Source of the DNA: Candidatus Peribacteria bacterium
GTDB taxonomy: Bacteria > Patescibacteriota > Gracilibacteria > Peribacterales > Peribacteraceae
Assembly (NCBI GenBank): GCA_009691305.1
Contig: SICS01000003.1
Coordinates: forward strand, 1-44,012
Length of the DNA: 44,012 bases
Reading direction: 5' to 3'
The position numbers and the translations under genes were made by a program. Shown one piece after another: positions 37,245-44,012 of the stretch. Position 1 is the first letter of the stretch, and each line of letters begins with the position of its first letter. Below the pieces are notes generated by a model. That model had not been told where the DNA came from. It was given only the letters and a program-made list of their open reading frames with translations, and searched no databases.

Positions 37245-38000
37245 ATGGTCCCCATGCCCACTCGCACCCGCAACCTCTTCGATCCCAAATCCAAAGAGCC
37301 CTACAAGCTCAGTCGCTCTCGACTGGACCGGTTTCTAAAGTGTCCCTGCTGCTTCTATTTGGACCGCAGACTGGGAGTGGATCAGGTGTCGGGTCCATCG
37401 TTCACGCTCAATACAGCAACGGATACGCTTCTGAAGAAAGAATTTGATGTTTGTAGAGCAAAGGGCGTACCGCACCCCCTGATGAAGAAGCATAAAGTAA
37501 ATGCTATCCCCTTTAAGCACCCTGATATCGACGTATGGAGAGAGAACTTCGTAGGAGTACAGCATCTTCACAAACCCACCAATCTACTCATTACAGGGGC
37601 AGTGGATGACATTTGGGTTGATCCAAAGGGCAATCTCATCATCGTGGATTACAAATCCACCAGCACCACCAAAGAAATAGACCTGAATGACGGAACTCCA
37701 TGGAAAGACCAGTACAAACGTCAGATGGAAATCTACCAGTGGTTGCTACGCCAGAATGGATTCAAGGTAAGTAATACGGGGTATTTCGTTTATGTGAATG
37801 CAGATACAAGTCAGGATGCTTTTGACGGAAAACTCGTCTTCAAAGAAGAGATCATAGCTCACAAAGGCGATGATAGCTGGGTAGAGCAGGCCATCATCGA
37901 TGCTCACAAGTGTCTTTTGAAGAAGAAGGCTCCAAAGGCCTCTGAGGGTTGCGATTGGTGCGCGTATCGTTCTGATGCTTCAAAAGTTCTCGACGCTTGA
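37245..38000 (+). CDS. PD-(D/E)XK RecB/Cas4-like nuclease
   Basis: LSRS.L..F..CP.CFY, GAVDD, IVDYKS, QMEIY and C-terminal CDWC (Fe-S-type cysteines). Confidence 0.87.
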   Translation: MVPMPTRTRNLFDPKSKEPYKLSRSRLDRFLKCPCCFYLDRRLGVDQVSGPSFTLNTATDTLLKKEFDVCRAKGVPHPLMKKHKVNAIPFKHPDIDVWRENFVGVQHLHKPTNLLITGAVDDIWVDPKGNLIIVDYKSTSTTKEIDLNDGTPWKDQYKRQMEIYQWLLRQNGFKVSNTGYFVYVNADTSQDAFDGKLVFKEEIIAHKGDDSWVEQAIIDAHKCLLKKKAPKASEGCDWCAYRSDASKVLDA

Positions 38001-38116
38001 TATTCCCGAGAATAGTAAAGAATTCGACGTAGTCATCGATCTGGGATTGGGTGAATTTCATGGATTTGGAGCTAAATAAGCGAAGTATATGATGCCCCTC
38101 AGTATGTGCACGCGAT

Positions 38117-38536
38117 CTAGCCTGGAGAGGTGGACTTCTCAAGGAAGAGAAACCGAGGCCCTTTTTCGTCACAAAAAAGGATGGCATGCTGTTCAAACTG
38201 TTTTCCGAGATTCACAGCATCGGTCTGCGAGATATTCTCAATGGTGAAACTCTCTTCTGCATGGTTCTTGCACGTACCCAACGAGGGATAGTAACAACGC
38301 TGTTGCTCTTTTAGTATGTCTTCAAGTTCTCTGTTCCTGCTTACATTCTCTTTGAGGTCTAGTTCCCTATTCATGGGATTCCACGCAGTAACAATTGCGA
38401 ACTGCTTATTCGTAACGACGTTCGGGAGTTTCTTGTCCCCCATCGTGAAGTACACTGGCACGTCGCTTTCGTCCCTTACCATGAACTGCGTACGGTTATA
38501 GATTTCAAGAATTGCCTGATCGGATTCATGAGACAT
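38117..38536 (-). CDS. DUF3293-like protein
   Basis: FAIVTAWNP...N..RN..L...EESF...LG..FEQ.AI. Confidence 0.75.
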   Translation of the reverse strand: MSHESDQAILEIYNRTQFMVRDESDVPVYFTMGDKKLPNVVTNKQFAIVTAWNPMNRELDLKENVSRNRELEDILKEQQRCYYPSLGTCKNHAEESFTIENISQTDAVNLGKQFEQHAILFCDEKGPRFLFLEKSTSPG

Positions 38537-38564
38537 ACAGCTGTAGTGTACTGCATCAGTATGT

Positions 38565-39338
38565 ATGCTCTGCACCATGCTGCTCCACATACCTCATTCC
38601 TCGATAAAGATTCCTGATGACATGCGCTCGACGTTGTTGCTTTCTGATGATGAGCTGCACAAAGAACTGCTTCGAATGACCGACTGGTTCACTGATCTGA
38701 TCTTCGATGTAGATGGTACAAAGCGATTGGTCTTTCCAGTGAGCCGACTCGTGTGCGACCCCGAGCGTTTCTCGGACGACGCTCTGGAATCAATGGCCTC
38801 CAAGGGAATGGGTGCGATCTATACACAGACATCAGAAGGCTCGCTGCTGCGAAAGAAGCTATCTCCACAGGAACGGAAGCAGCTGCTTGAGCGTTTCTAT
38901 GCTCCTCACCATGCCGCCTTGGAGGCTATGGTTCAAACAGAGATCAATGCACATGGGTCCTGTCTCATCATTGACGCTCACAGCTTCTCCTCCAAGCCCC
39001 TTTCACATGAACCAGATCAGAATCCCAACCGGCCAGACATCTGCATCGGCACCGATGCATTCCACACGCCACAGGAGCTGGTAAAGGTTGCAGTAGGAGC
39101 ATTCGAGGAGTGCGGCCTCTCCGTTGCCATCAACCGGCCATTCCAAGGAACGTTGGTGCCCATGAAGTACTATCAGAAGGACAAGCGTGTTCTGTCTGTA
39201 ATGATTGAAGTGCGCAGGGGTTTGTACATGGATGAGGAATCGGGCGAGAAGAACGAACGTTTCCCCGCTGTCCGCTCGCAGATTGAGTCAGCTTTGTCCT
39301 CCATTCTGAAAAAAGAGCAGTTTGAAGGGATTCGATAG
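38565..39338 (+). CDS. N-formylglutamate amidohydrolase family protein
   Basis: HIPHSS, TDW, SRLVCDPER, IDAHSF, RPDICIGT and IEVRR. Start may be 38577. Confidence 0.9.
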   Translation: MLCTMLLHIPHSSIKIPDDMRSTLLLSDDELHKELLRMTDWFTDLIFDVDGTKRLVFPVSRLVCDPERFSDDALESMASKGMGAIYTQTSEGSLLRKKLSPQERKQLLERFYAPHHAALEAMVQTEINAHGSCLIIDAHSFSSKPLSHEPDQNPNRPDICIGTDAFHTPQELVKVAVGAFEECGLSVAINRPFQGTLVPMKYYQKDKRVLSVMIEVRRGLYMDEESGEKNERFPAVRSQIESALSSILKKEQFEGIR

Positions 39339-39379
39339 TTAATGACAGCAGTGGCGATACTGACGATCTATACTGACGG

Positions 39380-39556
39380 TACCGACACTGATCATTCTTT
39401 CCTGCCATCGCTCAACGAGCCGTGTCTTCACAACATCGAGGATTTTTCATTGGGCTGATACACAGAAAGCATCGTCTCAAACTCTTCGTGCATCTTATCG
39501 GCTCGTATCATCTTGTTCTTGAATTGGCAGTCCGCACCACGGTACCAATAATATGA
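39380..39556 (-). pseudogene. Serine recombinase zinc-ribbon/coiled-coil remnant
   Basis: Manual translation YYWYRGADCQFKNKMIRADKMHEEFETMLSVYQPNEK, then a frameshift, then ILDVVKTRLVERWQEK. Confidence 0.6.
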
Positions 39557-39613
39557 AACTTCTGTGCATACTATTGTTCTACATACTATGATTAGCGCTA
39601 TACTATAAATAGC

Positions 39614-40342
39614 ATGATCAACACTGCCATTTATCCATCCGTTTCAGCTGGACCGGCCAAGGTTGAAATTGAGATTGAGAGGAAATCTGTGAAGATTGAA
39701 TACTCCGAAAAAGATGGCCTCTGCGTTATCGAGGGTAATAAGAAAATTTTCGAAGTGCAGGCAAAACCTCGATCCTTTCGGCTCACAACTTTTCAAGATG
39801 ACGAAACTCGATTCATGCAGGAGATAACGGTACATGGACACAAGTTACGCTTTCGTTTTCAGGACTCATCCTCGGTACCTCTTGTTGGAATGTTTTTTCT
39901 TTGGCTTGCGGGACTACAGGTGTGGGTGGACGACAGGCCGGTTCAGGGAACCTGTGGCGATCCCGATACACAGATCACAATCGCATCCTACGGCCTATAC
40001 ACACTTTCGGGGTCGCTCATCCTTAGATTGCTATCTGCGATTGCAACGCAGGATCCTACACCTTCAGATGGAGCAATGGTGATAGCTCTGGCAGTTGCCG
40101 GTGGGTTGGCGTTCTTGGGATCGCAAACAAAGAAGCGGCCAATCCTCGCCACAAGTCTTGGACTAATCTATGGTTTCATCGCTACGTCATCAGTAGTGAT
40201 GCAAATTATTGGTAGAGTACTTACTGAGAATGCACAGGCATCGTCCGTATTTCCTTTACTTATCTGGGGGTGCATACCGGCAGGAGCAACGTTGGCTTTA
40301 TTTCGTGGTTTTTTGGGTGTCCTCAAACTTCGGAAAACGTGA
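39614..40342 (+). CDS. Membrane protein
   Basis: Beta-rich N-terminal half followed by four TM segments. Confidence 0.7.
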   Translation: MINTAIYPSVSAGPAKVEIEIERKSVKIEYSEKDGLCVIEGNKKIFEVQAKPRSFRLTTFQDDETRFMQEITVHGHKLRFRFQDSSSVPLVGMFFLWLAGLQVWVDDRPVQGTCGDPDTQITIASYGLYTLSGSLILRLLSAIATQDPTPSDGAMVIALAVAGGLAFLGSQTKKRPILATSLGLIYGFIATSSVVMQIIGRVLTENAQASSVFPLLIWGCIPAGATLALFRGFLGVLKLRKT

Positions 40343-40696
40343 AAATTTTCTTGGAAATTTTGAAAAATCGACCTTCACGCTCCTGTCGATGTATCAGAAT
40401 ATCTTCTATTTGATACCTCAAACACAAAATGGGAGGACGAATGGCAATGTACCTGTGAGAAAGGCTATAAATGGAGTGAGGATGTAAATCACAAGCAATG
40501 TGTAAAAATATAACTCCATGGACACAAGCTCCTAGAGGCACTGACCGTTCGGATAAGCGTCAGGATGCCCAGCCAACTGACGATACTGACGATCTTTTTG
40601 GCTATTTACTTCAATGCCTGAGTAGAAAGGCTCGATATTTGCTCCGCCCAGCCAAGAATCGACTGCTCCAAGCGGTGTAAACTTTTTCGCAGGATG

Positions 40697-40760
40697 TCCA
40701 CCATTCGACTCAGCGCTTCGCGCTTCGCGCTTCGCTCATGGTAAACCAAACTTCGCTCGC
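40697..40760. repeat. 64-bp direct repeat, copy 2
   Basis: Identical to 37035-37098. Confidence 0.92.
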
Positions 40761-40891
40761 AGCGGCGAGCTTCGCGAGGAAAGCCCGAATCCGAAAAATG
40801 CCTCGGCTTCAAGACCCCGCACGAAGTGCCATCCTCCCACTGCTCCCGCCTGGATGTTCAACTTCCAGCTTGAATTCGGGTGGCCCACTAT

Positions 40892-40920
40892 TTGATAAAA
40901 TGACATAAAAGTGCTATAAT
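40892..40920 (+). promoter_or_regulatory. Sigma70 promoter of a leaderless gene
   Basis: TTGATA-17 nt-TATAAT with TGn; ATG is 7 nt downstream. Confidence 0.72.
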
Positions 40921-40927
40921 ATACTTA

Positions 40928-41614
40928 ATGGAACTCTTTCACGGATCGAGCTCGGCAAGCTTGCCCGGTGTCCTTGATGTCAAGAATCCGGGGTTGAAGG
41001 CGGCGGGAGAATTGCTCGGGCAAGGCGCCGTTCCGTTTTGCGGGGAACTCCATCGGGGAATTGCTGAGGGGGGAGTGAACCTCAAGTTTATTTCCGTTGT
41101 CCCCAAAAACGGATTGGACTCCGCAGCAGTGTATGCGCAGCAATATGCCGAAGAGCCGTGGACTCCCGCCATTGCCGTCTCCGAAACGGATTGGCTGAAA
41201 GACGGGTTACAGAAAATCGAGGGAACGACGAGGTGTTTTAGCGGCATGACCCGGCAGAGAGTTCTGCAGCTCATCGACCTGCATCAAAAACGAACGCAAC
41301 AGTGGCAGCAGCTCACCCCCGAAGAACAAGACTTTGTTCAGCATCCATTCCCCATCATCTACGGCATTGCCGAGCACAAAGAGGCAGTAGCCGTCGACTC
41401 CGATTTTCGGGCGGAGAAGGGCGTCCGCGATGTTCCGCCGGAAGCGACAACGATGTACGTCCCCTCAGATAAAGTTTCCTTGATGGAGGCGACCGTCGCC
41501 GCACGCGGTTTACAGTTCGCAGTGCGACCGCTATCTGTGTTGGCGAAAAACCAACAACTCGCCGATGGCATTCGTTCACGCTTGATCTCAATACTGAAAA
41601 AATCAATTGAATGA
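40928..41614 (+). CDS. Hypothetical protein, possible ADP-ribosyltransferase-like fold
   Basis: 228-aa ORF starting LFHGS.....VL...GL, with later IS.. and A..YA. Fold call is tentative. Confidence 0.65.
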   Translation: MELFHGSSSASLPGVLDVKNPGLKAAGELLGQGAVPFCGELHRGIAEGGVNLKFISVVPKNGLDSAAVYAQQYAEEPWTPAIAVSETDWLKDGLQKIEGTTRCFSGMTRQRVLQLIDLHQKRTQQWQQLTPEEQDFVQHPFPIIYGIAEHKEAVAVDSDFRAEKGVRDVPPEATTMYVPSDKVSLMEATVAARGLQFAVRPLSVLAKNQQLADGIRSRLISILKKSIE

Positions 41615-41735
41615 ACACAGTGCCCACTGCCCGAATAATATCCTGAAGGTTTTGAGGATATGCGGCGACAGTTTTCTCACCGATGTTCTCGAGCGCGCGA
41701 TCTCTCTTTCTTGAGTCCGCGTTGTAGCTCAGCCG

Positions 41736-41844
41736 CAGGCACATGCGCTACACGTTGGACCCGGGTTCGATTCCGGGCATCTCCACCATTCGACTCGGCC
41801 TTCGACAGGCTCAGGCCTCGCTCATGGTAAACCACACTTCGCTC
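41736..41844 (+). repeat. Displaced tmRNA 3' fragment plus nested palindrome
   Basis: 41736-41788 matches 36989-37041 at 50/53 positions; followed by ttcgactc[ggccttcgacaggctcaggcc]tcgctcatggtaaacc. Confidence 0.92.
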
Positions 41845-41909
41845 TTTTTACTCCAGCAAAAAGGAGCAAAAAAATCGACGAACGCAGTCACACTTTCGGC
41901 AACTCATAG

Positions 41910-41990
41910 AGCGAAGAAAAAGCTCGTGCCTTTGAAAAATACCTTAAAAGTTCCTCAGGCTTTGCATTGAGGAACTAGAGACTCAGCTGA
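41910..41990 (+). pseudogene. GIY-YIG nuclease C-terminal remnant
   Basis: Manual translation SEEKARAFEKYLKSSSGFALRN*RLS*, matching the A..FE.YLKS.SG tail of small GIY-YIG proteins. Confidence 0.65.
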
Positions 41991-42009
41991 TTGCTGCTAC
42001 CATTCAGCT

Positions 42010-42645
42010 ATGGATCTAACGAACATAGATATCAATGCTCTCGCAAAACAACTGCGTAAGCCTGACGGTGAGATCGGCAACGAAGTCGGTGCAGCGATGG
42101 TGCAGTTCAACATGAGTGCGATTGCATTCACCATCGAGTGTTTGCAGATACAGCCCGGAGATCACATCTTGGAAATCGGCTTCGGGCCTGGAGAAGCGAT
42201 CGCCGAGGCGGCACGTTTAACGCCGGACGGGTACGTCGCGGGTATCGATCACTCATCGGAAATGCTCAAGATGGCCGAGAAACGAAATCATCAAGCGGTC
42301 ATGCAGGAGCATGTAGAACTGACGCTCGGCGATGCACAAGAACTCCCGTACGCAGATAACAGTTTTGATACGGTATTTGCGGTGAATGTCTTTCACTTCT
42401 GGTCGGACCCGACCCGTGAACTCGCGGAATGCCGCAGAGTGCTGAAGTCAGGCGGTCGAATCGCCTTCTACCTCACACATCCATCATCGTGGTTGCCAGG
42501 CATACGTGAAACAGGTGTCTTTATCGCGCGAGAAGTTGAGGATGTAGAAAAAATCCTTGTGTCTACCGGATTTAAAAATATGGAGAGTCGCACAACGAAA
42601 ACGGAACCGGATGGCATAGGGTTTTTAGTGATGGGGCAAAAGTAA
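42010..42645 (+). CDS. Class I SAM-dependent methyltransferase
   Basis: ILEIGFGPG, GIDHS, GDAQELPY...FD and RVLKSGG. Confidence 0.92.
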   Translation: MDLTNIDINALAKQLRKPDGEIGNEVGAAMVQFNMSAIAFTIECLQIQPGDHILEIGFGPGEAIAEAARLTPDGYVAGIDHSSEMLKMAEKRNHQAVMQEHVELTLGDAQELPYADNSFDTVFAVNVFHFWSDPTRELAECRRVLKSGGRIAFYLTHPSSWLPGIRETGVFIAREVEDVEKILVSTGFKNMESRTTKTEPDGIGFLVMGQK

Positions 42646-42943
42646 TACTGAATCTTTCAGCCACACCCATCGCCATATATAAAAATCGGGTATGGGATCG
42701 TCACCACGCCTCACTCTTTTTCACTTCGGAACAAAAGAGCTACGCGTGGCAAGCCACTTTTTCCAAGCGAAGTGTGCTCCGCGAATCAAACCAACTTCCG
42801 ATATTTTGCCAGAATCAACGTCTGAAAATACACCGAAAAACTCTTCCAATCTTAACTCCATCTCTTAAGAGACTTCGTCCTGCTGATGATCAGTGCGTGG
42901 TTCCGGAATCCGGAATGGGAAGAAGCATTCATTCTACCACATC

Positions 42944-42975
42944 AAAAAAGCCCCGTGTTCTCGTATGGGGCTTTT
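42944..42975. terminator. Bidirectional intrinsic terminator
   Basis: AAAAAAGCCCCGT...ATGGGGCTTTT between convergent genes. Confidence 0.75.
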
Positions 42976-43015
42976 CGATTGTGTCAGGCGGCCTGTCCTT
43001 CGTCAGGCTGAGGAG

Positions 43016-43080
43016 GCCGCGCTGGATTTCTGCGGCGAGAAACGCCGCGCTGGATTTCTGCGGCGAGAAACGCCGCGCTG
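43016..43080. repeat. 28-bp tandem repeat, 2.3 copies
   Basis: gccgcgctggatttctgcggcgagaaac twice, then gccgcgctg. Confidence 0.9.
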
Positions 43081-43107
43081 ACCGCGCCCACGAAGGGGCG
43101 CTGCTAA

Positions 43108-44012
43108 TTATTTCATCGCTGGCTCCACCATGGGGCGGACGTCACCGCCACCGAGTCCGCCGCCGTAACCGCTCAACTGCTGGTCGAACATGGCTTTCTC
43201 CAGCGGGATGACGACTGCGGTGCGGTAGTAGTAGCCCTGCTGCGCGCTTTGCACTTCTTTAACCGGGAAGATGAGAGAGGGGATCACGAGTTCCTCCCGC
43301 TTGTTCGCCTGGTAGCTGTAGTAGACGGAGAGCCCGACTGTGGGTTCACCCAGGAGGATCTTCTGCGTCTGGACTTTGGTGCCCTTGGGCAAGGAGTCCA
43401 TCGGCATCGGGCCGTAGTTATCGACCCTCGAGAGGAAGGTCTTGACTGCGGCTGCATCGGTGACGGCCGGATAGTCGGACTTCGCGTACGTGCGGTCCAT
43501 GAGGCCGAACACACTCATCACTTTCTTCTGCTTTGTGTGGACGGAAATATTGATGCCGGTCGGGCTGCCCTGCTGGTCCATGACTGCTTTGCCGTCGATC
43601 ATGAGCGGGAAGACGACCTGCAGCGAATCGGGGATGTAGGCGTTCGCCTTGTCGGTCGTGCGGTCGTATTCGGTCTTCCATGCCTTGTTCACCTCGGGCT
43701 CGCCGTAGTGGCTCAGGTCAATGCCGTGGACGTCTGCGAATTCTTTGGCGATCGACATCAGCACGTCATCGGTCGGAATGTCACCCAGCTTCACACGTTC
43801 CGCTTGCCAGCAGGCGTCGGTGGTGCACTTGCTCTGCGGCCACTGCTCCCACTGCGCGTCGATGTTCACCGAGGAGTCGCGTAGGTTGATGTACAGCTGG
43901 TAGCCCATCGGCGTGTTCTGGGCGAAGCTGAGGGAATCGATGTTCATGCCGCCGAAGGAGTTCAGGTTGAGTGTGCCGAGGTTGAGGCGCGAGGAGATCG
44001 CCGAGAGTGGCA
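43108..44012 (-). CDS. Hypothetical (probably exported) protein, 5' partial
   Basis: Frame stays open past 43947 to the window end; core-genome-like codon bias. Confidence 0.75.
   Translation of the reverse strand, partial: PLSAISSRLNLGTLNLNSFGGMNIDSLSFAQNTPMGYQLYINLRDSSVNIDAQWEQWPQSKCTTDACWQAERVKLGDIPTDDVLMSIAKEFADVHGIDLSHYGEPEVNKAWKTEYDRTTDKANAYIPDSLQVVFPLMIDGKAVMDQQGSPTGINISVHTKQKKVMSVFGLMDRTYAKSDYPAVTDAAAVKTFLSRVDNYGPMPMDSLPKGTKVQTQKILLGEPTVGLSVYYSYQANKREELVIPSLIFPVKEVQSAQQGYYYRTAVVIPLEKAMFDQQLSGYGGGLGGGDVRPMVEPAMK

Larger units (their letters stand above)
37035..41844. mobile_element. Tandem cassettes or island at the tmRNA 3' end
   Basis: Three copies of the tmRNA end plus palindrome, a recombinase remnant and accessory cargo. 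Confidence 0.75.

Noticed and set aside
37245-38000. Cas4-like gene as evidence of CRISPR-Cas
   Set aside because: There is no array and no other cas gene; solo RecB/Cas4-like nucleases are common.
37894-38061. Small ORF MKFTQSQIDDYVEFFTILGNIKRR resembling peptides found upstream of recombinases
   Set aside because: It overlaps the nuclease gene antisense and the resemblance is too weak to call without a search.
41736-41788. Separate tRNA or second half of a permuted tmRNA
   Set aside because: It is a 3' fragment of the intact one-piece tmRNA, has a mismatch that weakens the T stem, and has no 5' partner.
43016-43080. 28-bp repeat as a CRISPR array
   Set aside because: The units are contiguous with no spacers.

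Overview
The window looks like a CPR/Patescibacteria genome segment, probably Peribacteria-like. That is an inference from the SLH and VanW genes, the short AlaRS, mostly SD-less starts and REP-like palindromes. A higher-GC core block (about 22.9-36.5 kb: msrB, nitroreductase, Trm11-like methylase, GT-C-like membrane proteins, alaS, RsbW-like kinase, histidine kinase, VanW, HTH-HATPase) lies between two integration hotspots. On the left, downstream of tRNA-Asn (22657-22731, minus strand), the tRNA 3' end TGGCTCCCC recurs five more times (3827, 3921, 17843, 20073, 21593). These copies delimit a tandem array of recombinase-less cassettes of two alternating types. The largest cassette carries a tight operon of a MoxR-like AAA ATPase, five paralogous LRR-like proteins with a shared N-terminal 'NIHRD'-like motif, and an HExxH-vWA protein. 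It also carries tyrA under an apparently classical Tyr-Tyr leader-peptide attenuator. On the right, tmRNA (36623-37041, predicted 31-aa tag) is followed by further copies of its 3' end, cargo genes, cryptic serine-recombinase and GIY-YIG remnants, and nested palindromic repeats. A copper-ATPase cluster occupies the left edge. All family calls come from motif recognition by eye; no searches were run.
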